63,191 nt of DNA, filler included, from Chrysochromulina tobinii (GCA_001275005.1; 4 parts of 4 records of this genome joined end to end with filler, not necessarily neighbours in it), one strand, 5' to 3'; positions 1 through 11,415 are shown, counted from the first letter of the whole stretch. Numbers and translations are program-made. Notes: generated from the sequence alone by a model not told the origin.

Positions 1-470
1 CCATCGCCTGCAGCGCTCGATCTGTCGAGCTCAGCAGAGACGCGGCCATCTTACCCGCCGGACGCGCCGGCGCGAGCATCACGCCGCGGGCGAACGAAGC
101 GCCGCCCGCTGCGACGGCGCGTCCGAAATCGCGTGGGGAGCGCACGACGGCCTTCGCGGGCAGGTAGAAGAGATCCTTGACGCCCGTGCCAAGCGTACGC
201 ACAAAGTCGGACGCGCCCGTCGGCTCGACACGCAGGATGACGCGGTACACCTGCCGTAACAGCCGATGAAGGGAGGCACTCAGAGGTCATCCGAGGTCAT
301 TAGCGAGCATCCGAGGTCATCAGCGCTCCGTACCAATTGGTAATCAAGAGGTCATCACGAAAAGGTCATCACGAGGTCATCACGAAGAGAGGTCATCACC
401 TGCCGGAGCAGCGCGAAAAGATATATAGAAGAGATACATGAAATGCTTGCCGATGGCGACGATGAGGTCT
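1..470 (-). pseudogene. VPS13/ATG2 C-terminal-like fragment (exons ~470-400 and 250-<1, intron 251-399); frame disturbed upstream; runs off the window edge
   Basis: Spliced reading gives YLFALLRQ|VYRVILRVEPTGASDFVRTLGTGVKDLFYLPAKAVVRSPRDFGRAVAAGGASF, resembling the VPS13 C-terminal QxYxxLG...GVxDxFYxP...P..FG...A.G pattern. Upstream DLIVAIGKH lies in another frame and there is no room for a full VPS13 before the next gene. Confidence 0.4.
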
Positions 471-557
471 CTGCATTTAGTTTCGGCGTTGCGTGTCGAA
501 GTCCAAGTGCGGGCACCTCGTCTCACCGTCGATCGCTAGCCTGAACGTGGTCCGCAG

Positions 558-2007
558 CTAGTCCGCAGCACCTCCAGCAGAGTTGCCTGAAGAACTCAAA
601 GTGCTGCTGGTGCTGGTGTGCCACGGCTGCAATTCTCGTCCGCCCTCGCACTCGGGCGGCAGCGCGAAGCCCAAGCAAAGATAATCCTGAATGTAGACCG
701 TGCACAGGCGCTGCACGAACGCGGGGTTGTGCTCGAGCACGCTAACGAAGTCAGCCTTGCTAAACGCAAGCTTCGCCTTGTTCGAGGCGTCATTCTCGCG
801 GCCGAGAGCGCACTTCCAGACGGAGGTGTTGGCATGCGGCGGGACGCCATGCGGGGTGTGGTACGCAATGCGCCGCCCGAGCCGCTCAAGGTCGACGGTC
901 GCGTTGGCCAGCCGGATTTGGAAGTCGAGCGTCGAGCGCTCCTCGTACCTGATGAGGGTATAATGAGGGAGGCCATCAGCATGTTATCAACATGCAATCT
1001 CATCGGGGAGCGTCGAGCGCTCCTCGTACCTGATGAGGGAGGCCATCAGCATGTTATCAACATGCAATCTCATCGTAATCTCATCGGGGCGTCGAGCGCT
1101 CCTCGTACCCGCTCGTAACGAACGACATTTGGGTGGCGAGATGCTCTGCCGCCGAGTAGACGATGGCGCACTCGAGGTCTTCGATGAAGCCGTTGACGAG
1201 GGCAGTGAGCTCCTGCCTTCGCTCCGAGGCGCTCGAGGCATTGAGCGTGCGCAGCAGCGGCCCATACCAGCTCGTGCCGTGCCGCAGCACGCTCGGCGAG
1301 AACGGGCCCTTGGGCTCAGTGTACATTTCGGCGGGCATTCGCTCCCCGCTTGGCGAGACATGATTGAGGAGCCGCTCAAGGACCTCGAAGCACGAGGCCA
1401 CGAAGCGGCTGATTGGCTCACGGGACGGGAAGGCAATGCGCCGAGGGGCCGATGCACCTGTGCCCATCGTGCGCTTTGGCAGCGGCTGGGTAGGCAGCAG
1501 CTTGTCGAGTCGCAAGGCTCCCCACATGTTGCAGTAGAAGAATGAGGCGAGCGATGAGCTTGCCACCTTCCAAACCTGCCGAAACTCGATGCCGTGGCGC
1601 TCGGACACGAGGCTTGTGCGCGGCGAGTTCCCCTGAGGCAGCAGCAAGCAGAAGTGCGGGTTGTGCTGGCAGGCCGCTGCGCGCTGCGCTTGGCACCGAG
1701 CTGGTTTGGGCCACGCAGCCGACTCGTGGGTGTAGAACAGCGAGACGTTGGCACCGCCTCGGAATGGTGCGTCCATGGTCGACGGCACAAGCGATCGCGC
1801 GAGTGCTTGCCGGATATGGCGTTGCAGCCTTCGTGTCCGGTCCTTTCCGCTGTTGAGGTAGGGTCCAGTCGGGCAACGAAAACGAGAAGCTGCCTCACGA
1901 AAGTCGTCAGTGCTGAGCGGTGTAATTGGCCGTGGCTTTCCGTGGGCTGCCGCGTACTGTATGCGGCAAAGTGCGCAGCACGTACTCGCGAGCCAGGACA
2001 TTCGCAT
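558..2007 (-). CDS. Sulfotransferase-family-like protein (2 exons: 2007-1109, 948-558)
   Basis: Motifs FRQVWKVASSS (5'-PSB-like), REPISRFVAS (3'-PB-like), HLATQ and C-terminal YIQDYLCLGF. Removing the GT-AG intron 949-1108 joins ORF 1081-2007 in frame to ORF 558-740. Confidence 0.6.
949..1108 (-). mobile_element. Introner-like intron, family 1 filler (…CTGATGGCCTCCCTCATCAG), made of two abutting GT-AG units
   Basis: GTACGAGGAGCGCTCGACGC starts the intron (1108), recurs after an internal CAG (1029) and starts the next exon (948). Confidence 0.7.
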
Positions 2008-2485
2008 GAGCCCACGGCAATCGCCGCGCTCGCCTCGCGCGAGCGTCGACGCGTTTTTTTGCCTTCGTCGTTTTCGTTCGTCGACGTTACGTGAACTTTA
2101 GGCACGAGCTACACGATCTCCAAGAGACGGTTTTGCATTGGTTTTGCACTACCTCTAATGCATGCAATATTCGGCCGACATGCGACAAGCAAACAAGCAA
2201 GATACTTGTGTTTGTTTCGACTAATTAGCTTGCTTGCTTGCTTCGGCCGACAGCCTCACCGTAAGATGCATCTCTCTGAGAAACCCAGCCGCGCGCGGTG
2301 GCTGCGGGCTGCGGGTGGCCACCGTCAACGCAGCGCGGCCACGCGCACGCATGTCCACGTCCCACCCACATGCGAGCTCTGCGTCGAGCAACTCTTCGCG
2401 CGCAACCACAAGGACCAACGCCCTGCTTGGGTGCCTCTCCGTCTCACAGCGCGCCCGTCACAGCGCGCCGATTACGGCGCGCTCG

Positions 2486-5400
2486 TCACAGCGCGCCGGC
2501 CTTGATGGCGTCGGTGCTTGAGAGGAAGAAGTGTGTGCCTAGCTGCAGCTGCAGCTTGTGACCGTCGAGCGTGCACCCGAGCGCGCCCGCCGAGGCAGCG
2601 AGCGTCGCCTTGAACGCGGGGTGGTCCTTGCTATTGAGTAGGTTGGAGACCCCGTCGATGACGACGGGATCGGACACGAGCAGCGCGAGCGCGGGGGCGG
2701 CGAGAAAGACACACGCGCGGCAGAGGGTGAGCGTAATGGTCTCGGTGACGACCTCGAGCTTCTCGTCGACTAGTCGGAACACCTTCACCTCCTCCGTCTT
2801 GGTGGCGAGCGGCACCGCCAGGCTCGGCAACTTCGCGGTGTCGAGCAACCCCTTGCCGATGCGGCCCGCAATGTACTCGTGCTGGCTGCGCAGCACCGTC
2901 GCCAGCGGCGAGTCGCCGCCGAGCTTCGACGCAAAGCCTACCTCGACCTCGTCGGTCTTTCGCAGCCCCGCCTCCTTGCGCAGCTTCTGCACCTTGGCGC
3001 ACACCTCGCGCGCCATGGCCTCATCGAGCATTGCGCCCGTGGGCTTCGTGTGCAGCACGAGGATCCCGGCGCCATCCGCCATCAAGTCGACGTCGCGGTC
3101 GCCCGTCGGGCCTGCGTACTCGAGCGACACCTTGATGTCGTCGCCTGAGAACTCGTGCCCGCCCATGGTCATCGAGCCCGACGTCATGAAGGCCGCGAGC
3201 TGCTCGTGGGTGAGCTGCTTCACCTGGTCTTGGATGGCCTTATAGTCCTTGCCGAAGCGCTTGCCCAGGGTCGTGTGGTTCGGTAGGCACTTGAAGCGTA
3301 CGAGCTCAGGCACGTCAGCCACGAGCGCCGTGCTCACCACGCGCACGTTGAGCTCGTCGGAGATGTAGGCCTCAAGCCGCTTGACGGCTGCAAGCGCCGC
3401 AGGGTCGCGGCTCACGAGCGTCAACTCCGGCAGCGGGAGCCGCATCGAGAGATTGTGTCGGTCGCGGATGGCTCGACCGAGCTCGATGAGCTGCTGCATG
3501 ACCGCCATGTCAGCCTCGATCTGCTCGTCGATGGCCTCCGGCATGTACTGCGGTATCTCGTCAAAGTGCACCGAATCGAGCCTCTCCGCCTCGGGCAGGC
3601 CGTGGCGCAGGTTGCGGAAGGCGAGTTCGGTGAAGAAGGGCGTGAGCGGCGCCATCATCTTGCACATCATCATGAGAACCTCGAAGAGTGTCGCCAGCGA
3701 GGCGCGCTGGTCGTCGGCCCCACGCTCGCCCGCAAAGCGCTCCTTATTGAGACGCAGGAACCAGTTCGTCAGCTGGTCGATCATGAGCACGAGCTTCGGG
3801 ACAACCGTGTAGAGCCTGTACAGCTCCATCTCCTGCCGCATGAAGCGCAGCAGCGAGTGCGCCGAGGCCAAGATCCATCGGTCCATTGTGTTCGTCGAGG
3901 CGAGAGCGCACTGGGCGTCGCGGTCAAAGGGCTTGCCACTCGCGCCCTCGAGGGCGTTCGCACTCTGCACGAAGAGCCTGTACGCGTGGTACCACGGAAT
4001 GAAGACGTCCCTGACCACTTGCTTCACCCCATCCTCGGCGAAGCGAAGGTCCTCGGCGCGCACGACGGGCGAGTTGATCAGGTAGAGGCGCAGCGCGTCC
4101 GCGCCATAGCAGGCGAGGATGTGCTGCGGGTCGGGGTAGTTCTTGAGCCGCTTCGACATCTTGCGACCGTCCTCGGCCAGCACTAGGCCGTTGCAGATCA
4201 GGTTCTTGAAGGCGGGCTTGTCGAAGAGCGCCGTCGAGAGCACCATGAGAGTGTAGAACCAACCTCGCGTCTGGTCGATGCCCTCGGCGATGAAGTCCGC
4301 GGGGAACGACGATTCGAACTTCTCCTTGTTCTCGAAGGGGTAGTGGCCCTGCGGCGCACGCGCGGAGGAGGCGGCCACGTGTGTTGGGGGGCGGGGGCGG
4401 CGGAGAGGCGATGGGAGGAGAGGCGACAGGACGACGCGAGGAGAGGCGACGGGGAAGGCAAGTGCGCCAAGTCGCCGGGCGGAGCGCGAGGCGTGAGAGG
4501 CGTGAGCGACGAGAGGGAAGTAGGTGGCGCAGCAAGGCGCCGGTGAGGCGGGATGTGCGGAGAGACGAAGGAGCAACCACGCGGCCACGGCTACGTGCCA
4601 AGCGCGCATGGGCCAGAAAGACTCCGCATCAGGGAAGCTCGCTGTGGGCGCAGGATTGAGAGCAGGCAGATCGACGCGGCCCACAAAAAGGGGCCACGGA
4701 TTGCCAGATGCGCCGAAGGGAGGCCAGGCCGCGCAGCGAGCCAGGATCAGCTGACACACGGAGACGGGAGTGTCGCAGGGCGTTACCGCCCGTCATGGCG
4801 CCCGCGATGGCGCCCGCCAGCCGAGGGATGGGTGGGCACACGCCGTGCTAGGGCACAAGTCTTGCCAGGGCACACGTCGTGCTCGCTCACCTGCGCGTAC
4901 GGCATCGAGCCACTCTCGAACCAGCAATCGAAGACCTCGTCGACGCGCTTGAGCAACCCTTTGCCTTTCGCAGAGGGGATGGTGAGGTGGTCGATGGACT
5001 CGCGGTGCAGATCGGTGATCGGAGAGACGCCAGTCCGCTCCTCGAGCTCCTTGACCGACGAGATGATGACGACCTCCTCGCCGTCGTCGCTCATCCACAT
5101 TGGGATGGGCGTGCCCCAGAAGCGGTTGCGTGAGACGGCCCAATCGCGCGCCGACTCGAGCCAGTTATGGAACCGCTTCTCCTTGACGAAGTTGGGTACC
5201 CAGTACGTCTTCGCATTGTTGGCGAGTAACCGCTCGCGGAGCGACTCGACGTTGATGAATGTGCCCGGTACGGCGCGATAGATCAGCGGCGTGTCCGAGC
5301 GCCAGCAGAAGGGGTACGAGTGGGAGATCTTGCCGATGGCCACCATGCGCCCTTTGCCCTTGAGGAGCTTGATGATGTCCTTGTCGGCCTCCTTGACCCC

Positions 5401-7105
5401 CACACCCTTGAAGTCGGGCACCTCGTCCGTGAAGCGGCCGTTGGCATCGAGCGGGCACACGAGCGCCTCGCCCTTTTTGATGATCCCATGCTCGAGACAC
5501 ACCTGAGGAGGGAGGCAATCATGGGTCATCCGTGATCATCAGAGGTCATCAGAGACACACCCGATGAGGGAGGCAATCATGGGTCATCCGTGATCATCAG
5601 AGGTCATCAGAGCTCCTCGAGAGGCACCTGAGCTCGCAGGAGAGGTCGCGGGAGATACCGCGGGAGATTGCACGCACGCAGCGGGAGGTCGTGCGTTGGG
5701 TCGCGTGCGTTTCAAAAGGAAGCTGGATCGCGCGTGGACGCGCGTGCCGGCGGGTCGCTTGGGCGATGGCGGCACCAGGCGGCGGCAGATAGGCGCGGGA
5801 TGTGCGGAGAGACGAAGGAGCAACCACGCGGCCACGGCTACGTGCCAAGCGCGCATGGGCCAGAAAGACTCCGCATCAGGGAAGCTCGCTGTGGGCGCAG
5901 GATTGAGAGCAGGCAGATCGACGCGGCCCACAAAAAGGGGCCACGGATTGCCAGATGCGCCGAAGGTGACTGAAGTGGCGCGAGTGCGAGCGCGAGTGCG
6001 TGTGCGGTGGCTGGCCTCGGGTCGTGCGGCGCACAAGCGCACGCACGTGCGCGCCTCTCAGACGCACCTTGTAATCTTCCTCGCCGAAGGCGGGCGCGCA
6101 GTGCACGATGCCGGTACCCGCGTCGTCGGTGACAAAGTCGCCGGTGATGACCTTGAACGCGCCCGAGCCCTTCATGCGCTCGATGAAGTACTCAAACGGT
6201 GGCGAGTACTCCGTGCCGAGTAGTTGCTTGCCAGGGAAGCGCTCGACTTCCTTAAACTTCTTCTCCGCCTCCTTTTGCTTCTTTGGGTTGGCCAAGTCGG
6301 GATAGAGCTGCACGAGGCGCGCGGCCATCAGAATGTAATTGACGCCGGACTCGTCCTCGACCTTCACGTACTCCATCGTCGGGTTGACGCAGAGCGCGAG
6401 GTTGGATGGGAGGGTCCATGGCGTCGTCGTCCACGCGATGAACTTGGTGTTCGGGTCGCTTACGAGCGGGAAGGCGCACACGACCGCTGGGTCGTCCACC
6501 GTCTTGTAGTTTTGCTGCACCTCGAAGTTCGAGAGCGGCGTGTTGCACGGGCAGGAGTACGGCATCACCTTGAAGCCGCGGTACACGAGCCCCTTGGCGT
6601 GCAACTGGCCGAAGACCCACCAAACTGACTCCATGAAGCTCAGGTGCATCGTCTTGTAGTCGTTCTCAAACGAGATCCACCGGCCGATGCGCTTGACCGT
6701 GATCTCCCACTCCTTGGAGTACCGCATCACGATCGAGCGGCACTCGGCGTTGTACTTGGCCACGCCCATCTTGAGCACATCCTCGCGTCCGCTGATGCCA
6801 AGCTTCTTGTCGATCTCAAACTCGACGGGCAGCCCATGGCAGTCCCAGCCGAAGCGGCGCTCCACGTAGTGGCCCGTCTGGTGCGCGTAGCGACACATGA
6901 TGTCCTTGATCGTGCCAGCGAGAAGGTGGCCGTAGTGCGGCAGGCCGGTGGCAAACGGCGGTCCATCATAGAAGGACCAAATGGGCTTGCCCTCAGAGCG
7001 GCGCACCGACTCTTCGAAGGTCTTATGCTCCGCCCAGTACTTGAGCGTTTCTGTCTCTTGATCGGGGAAGTCGACGCGCTCGGGCACGTCGGAGTAGCGC
7101 GGCAT
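2486..7105 (-). CDS. IARS1: Cytosolic isoleucyl-tRNA synthetase (exons 7105-6068, 5502-4891, 4348-2486)
   Basis: PPFATGLPHYGH (HIGH), GWDCHGLP, WTTTPWTLPSN, GTGIVH, SRNRFWGTPIP, EGIDQTRGWF and KMSKR motifs. GT-AG introns 5503-6067 and 4349-4890 restore one frame. Confidence 0.97.
4551..4719 (-). ncRNA. Putative intronic H/ACA box snoRNA, copy 1 (IleRS intron 2)
   Basis: Two hairpins: GGCGCA/TGCGCC with CGTGGCCC/GGGCCGCG, and GCGGAG/CTCCGC with CCATGCG/CGCGTGG. The second has an internal pocket and is followed directly by ACA (4556-4554). Identical to copy 2. Confidence 0.65.
5798..5966 (-). ncRNA. Putative intronic H/ACA box snoRNA, copy 2 (IleRS intron 1)
   Basis: 5795-5966 is identical over 172 nt to 4548-4719 while the flanking intron sequence is unrelated. 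Confidence 0.65.
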
Positions 7106-7285
7106 TGCGCGCGCGCGGAAGGCTCGCCGGAGGAGCGCGACCACGTATCGTCGTCGGAAGCGCTCAGGAAGGCGCTTCCGCTGCGGCAGCTTGATCCGTC
7201 GGAAACAGTGACGGTGAAGCGACACGTCAGATTTCCTGAGATTTTTTCACCGCTAATCACTCACTCACTCGATATTCATACACCA
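7106..7285. promoter_or_regulatory. Short divergent intergenic region, probable bidirectional promoter (IleRS / FHA protein)
   Basis: 180 bp between two divergent ATGs with a local drop in GC. Confidence 0.4.
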
Positions 7286-8005
7286 ATGGCTTTCTTGATG
7301 CTCTGCTTGCCGACAACCTCGGCAGTGTTGATGCATGCGGTCGCGCTCCGTACTGCCCATGCGACCGGCCCTGTGAAGATGCAGTACGGTGCACCAGCTC
7401 AGCAGGTCACTTGGCTGCTTTGCGAGAATCAGGCGTGCTTCACCCTGCGCAATGGCGAGCAGCAGGTGCTAGGCCGATACGACGCGGACCATGGTGTTCA
7501 GACCGCGTACGCTCAAAACGATCCATCAAGGCTCCGTGTGCGAGACGTGCCCGTGAACCCATATGTCTCGCGGCAGCAATGCATCGTGCAAGTTGCGATG
7601 GATGGCAGCGCCACGCTCTGCTCCCTTGGCAAGAACCCCACAGGATGGCGCGCGCACCGAGGCGCTCCGTGGCAGTGGCTGATAAAGGATCAAGTCCTCT
7701 ACCTTAATGACGGCTTCGAGGTTACCTTGGACGTCAATCATCCTGATGAGGCTGTGTTCACCTGCCGTAGGGACGGAGGTGGCATGGGCGGCTTTCAGCA
7801 GCAGCAGCAGCAGCAGCAGCAGCGTGGCTATCCGCCGCCGCAGCAAGGCGGCTATCCGCCGCCGCAGCAAGGCGGCTATCCGCCGCCGCAGCAAGGCGGC
7901 TATCCGCCGCAGCAGCGTGGCTATCCGCCGCCGCAACAGGGCGGCTATCCACCGCAGCAGCAGGGTGTCTATCCGCCGCAGCAGGGCGGCTTTCAGCGGT
8001 ATTAA
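7286..8005 (+). CDS. FHA-like domain protein with N-terminal targeting-like peptide and C-terminal poly-Q/GYPPPQQG repeats
   Basis: VLGR, VSRQQC and LGKNPT resemble the PNKP/aprataxin-type FHA domain. Hydrophobic N-terminus; ~7 x 24-bp repeat at ~7824-7995. Confidence 0.6.
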   Translation: MAFLMLCLPTTSAVLMHAVALRTAHATGPVKMQYGAPAQQVTWLLCENQACFTLRNGEQQVLGRYDADHGVQTAYAQNDPSRLRVRDVPVNPYVSRQQCIVQVAMDGSATLCSLGKNPTGWRAHRGAPWQWLIKDQVLYLNDGFEVTLDVNHPDEAVFTCRRDGGGMGGFQQQQQQQQQRGYPPPQQGGYPPPQQGGYPPPQQGGYPPQQRGYPPPQQGGYPPQQQGVYPPQQGGFQRY

Positions 8006-8620
8006 TTTTTGCGCAGACGGCACTGCCGAGAAACTAAACCAAACGGCGTCCGGACGGGTGCACGGTCTGCAGTGTTCGCTGATTTTAATATGCACACCAC
8101 AGTGCACTCTCGCCACACGCAATCGTCGATGACCACAATGCCGGCCGGAGAGGCCGGCAAAGAAAAAGACGTGCGCGTCGCGTCGGCAGTAGACGAGCCG
8201 GGCCGCCCTCAGGTTTTGTGTCGCTTCTGTTAACGAGGCGAGGTCTGTACCCTCTCCATGATCTTCGTTGCGCCGTCACCACTGCTGCGGCTCGGTGCCC
8301 TCCGCACCTTGGCAAAAGAAGGCACAAAATGACCTTGACGATTGCGTTGCCTGTAAGCTCGCCGCGGACCATTACACCTGCAATGTCTACTTAGCACTTG
8401 TCGAAATTCTTCATCATCTTGTTCATCGCGGAAGTATCGATGCCAACCGGCGACTTTTTGGAGGCCTTGCCTTCAGCCCCATGGGTGAATGCCCTGAAGA
8501 CGAAGCTATCCAATGCGTAGATCATTTGCTGGTGCGACGGCGGGAGAGATTTTGTTCCGCTGTGAAGGGTGCATTTCACAGTATATCTATAGGCGCGCTC
8601 TCCCGCGCCGAGAATATGCA

Positions 8621-10245
8621 ATGCAACCAAATAGTCAAGGCGACTCCGCAGGGTCACATGTGGAGTCCCGTGATAGTCCAGTGATACAGCATGGCGGAAG
8701 CACGCCGCCGGCTCCGCCATTTCCGCCGGACGGCAGCTCCGAAGAGATGGTGCTTCTCGACTTGCACGAGGATGCTCTAGCCGCCATCGCGGCGCACACC
8801 GCCGACGCGGTCGACCTCTGCTGTCTCTCGGCGGCCTGCCGCACATTCCATCGCCTCATCATGGAGGACGACGCGTCGACCCAGCTCGTGTGGGCGAGCT
8901 TGGTGGCGGAGCTCATTCCGGTTCCGCCACCGGAGCGAGCGCCGTGTGCGCAGCTCTACCGGGCGCTCTCGAGCTGTGATGATCTGCGGTGGCTGCCGAC
9001 CGAGCTCAAGGTGTGCCGTGCCGATCCGCAGAGGATGAAGCACGAACTGGTCGGCCGCACGGGCGCCGCAGTGTGTGAGCTGGCAGGTGCCTCGCTCCTA
9101 TTCGGAGGGACATTGAATGGCAACCACGGACCGGTGCTCGGCGACCTTCTCGTCCTTGACTACGATGAGGCGAGTAAGTCCGTCTCGATCTGGCCAGCGC
9201 CGATGGAGGTTCTGGGTGCCGATGGAATGGAGATCCACCCTGGGCCGCGCCGCGGGCACTCGATGACGTCGACGCAGCTGGCGGACGGCTCACACGTGGC
9301 TTGCGTACTGGGCGGCTGGGGCTACGATGAGCTGACCATGGCCCCTGCGCTCCTCCACGTGGTCGACGAAGGTGGGCTCTTTAGGTGGTCTCGGCCGCAG
9401 GTGAGGGGCAGCCTGCCCGATGGCCGAGCCTTTCACACGGCGACGGAGGTGGCGCGCTCCAGCATACTGGTCTATGGTGGCCTGGGGTCGGGTTGCTGCC
9501 GCAACGACCTGGCGCTGCTGGACCTGCATCGCATGCTATGGTCGCAGCCGGCCGTTGGGGGCATTCCCCGCTGCCCTGGTGGACGCGCCGGACACGGTGC
9601 TTGCTTCTTTATGAACCGCGAGCGCCGAGGCGAGCTACTGCTGATCTCGGGGGCGCTCCGCTCGGCGAGCGGAGATTCGCACCTCGACTCGGTCGATGTG
9701 ATCGAGGTCGAGTCTTCATTCGAGCTCGACGCCCACGGTGACTTTGGAGGCACGACGCTGAGCCTGCGGTGGAGCGACCAGAGCGCGTGGGGGAACATTG
9801 TGCTGCCGAAGGTGCGGACGCTCCTTTTGATGACCTCTGATGGCCCTCCTTCTGTTGACCTCTGTTGACCTCTGATGACAACTGCGGGCTCTGATTACAT
9901 CTGGTGGCCTCTGTGATGACGTCTGGTGGCCTCCATCCGCAGGTGAGGACGGCGACTTATGCCGTGATCGCGCGGAGCGTGCTGTGCTGGGGCGGCGTCG
10001 GCGATCAAGGCCAGAGCAATGGGCGGCTGCATGTCATCGATTACGAGCGTCAGCGTGCGCGAGAGGTGCACGTGCGCGAAGACCCAGGTGTACGGGGCGA
10101 GTGCTCCTCGCCGCGCGCACGCGGAGGCGCCGTCGCTATACCGCTCTCGCCAGTGCTGGTGCTGGTGCTGTGCGGCGGCGACCACCCGTACGATGACGAG
10201 GCCGACGTTTTGACTTCGCACACCCTCAAACTAGCCCTCGAGTGA
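8621..10245 (+). CDS. F-box / Kelch-repeat protein (intron 9812-9942; start may be 8747)
   Basis: F-box-like LLDLHEDALAAI…LCCLSAACRTFH; Kelch motifs LFGG, PRRGHS, GRAFHTA, VYGG, GRAGHGA. The GT-AG intron joins ORF 8513-9868 to ORF 9904-10245. Confidence 0.8.
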
Positions 10246-10506
10246 GCCCGCGCGGGAGACGGCGGCCGGGTGCGCGCGCAATATTCAGTGGCCGCGTCTG
10301 CTGAATACCTGGATTGTTATTTGCGCCGCGGACTGTGCCATTCACACTTACAAAAACACGACTTCGTCAAAACCGTTAACGTAAGGAAAACCGAAAACGC
10401 GAGACGCCGCACACGCTCCGGCCTCCGCGGGCCCGCTCGGACGACGACCGACGCCGGTTTCACGCCTGTGAGAGACGGCTTTTACCCAAAGACACGAGCC
10501 GTTCAG

Positions 10507-11415
10507 TCAGGCGGCTGCCGCCACCGGCGCTGGCGGCAGCGCAACCCCACAACGCTTAACAATGGCCTCCAAAGCCTCACTGCACGCCTCAGCCGCCGCC
10601 GCCGCCTCCTCAGCCCCGGCACGCCTCAGAAGCGCGCACACGCCATCGACGTCGGCCATGGCGTCGTGGGCGTTCTCAAGCTCGCAGCCGAGGACGCCCT
10701 CGTGCATCTCGCCGAGCTTGTAGCTGGGCCGCCCCGGGAACGTTCGCTTGAAGATGTCAAGGGTGTCCGCGTGATGCAGGTTGGGCGGCAAGCTCAGGCT
10801 GTGCCGCGCGTGCTCGAAGACGAGGACGCGGGAGTCAAAGCGCTTGCCATTGTGCGCCAGGAGCGTGAGGGCCCCGTCGGCAGGGCCGCGCACGCGACTC
10901 ATCCACTGGTTGAGGCGAAGACCGATGACGGCCCACGTCTCCTCGCTGGCCACCCTCTCGTCACTGATCCCGTGGACCTCGATGGCCCCACGCTGGATCC
11001 GGATCGTTGGGTTGACGAGCGATGTGAACTGATCGACGGGGCGCAGCGAAGCGTCGAGCGCCCGCGCGCCGACCTGCACGATGCGGATGTGTTCGGTCTT
11101 GCCGAGCCCCGTCGTCTCGAAGTCGAACACGATGTAGCGAGCATCACCTGCTGCGCAAGAGTGCCCAAGGAGCTCCGACCTCGTATCATCCGCTGCGGCT
11201 CGTGCTGGAGCGGATGCTCGATCTGAAACTTCAAGATGTGCTTCTAAGGGTGCTGATGCAGGCTCGGGCTGCTGTTCATTCGCGCCTCGCTGGAGCAGCC
11301 TCGCTCGTGGCCACTGGGCGGCACCGCCTTTTAGGTCGAGTTGCTGATACATTCGGGCGTCGGCGCAGTCACATGCGTTGCATTTCTTCGGGCCTCCGCA
11401 GTAGCCGCACGGCAT
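10507..11415 (-). CDS. DEDDh 3'-5' exonuclease (DnaQ/TREX-like) with N-terminal CxxC-CxxC
   Basis: ExoI VFDFETTGL, ExoII AHNGKRFD, DTL and ExoIII AHDAMADV. Confidence 0.85.
   Translation of the reverse strand: MPCGYCGGPKKCNACDCADARMYQQLDLKGGAAQWPRARLLQRGANEQQPEPASAPLEAHLEVSDRASAPARAAADDTRSELLGHSCAAGDARYIVFDFETTGLGKTEHIRIVQVGARALDASLRPVDQFTSLVNPTIRIQRGAIEVHGISDERVASEETWAVIGLRLNQWMSRVRGPADGALTLLAHNGKRFDSRVLVFEHARHSLSLPPNLHHADTLDIFKRTFPGRPSYKLGEMHEGVLGCELENAHDAMADVDGVCALLRRAGAEEAAAAAEACSEALEAIVKRCGVALPPAPVAAAA

Noticed and set aside
4349..4759. Shared peptide FGASGNPWPLFVGRVDLP… in ORFs 2486-4759 and 5584-6042 as a duplicated protein domain
   Set aside because: Both lie in IleRS introns; the peptide is just the translation of the duplicated RNA-like element.
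8085..8684. Overlapping ORFs in a lower-GC stretch between the FHA and F-box genes
   Set aside because: No recognisable motif or consistent codon bias; not supportable as a gene.
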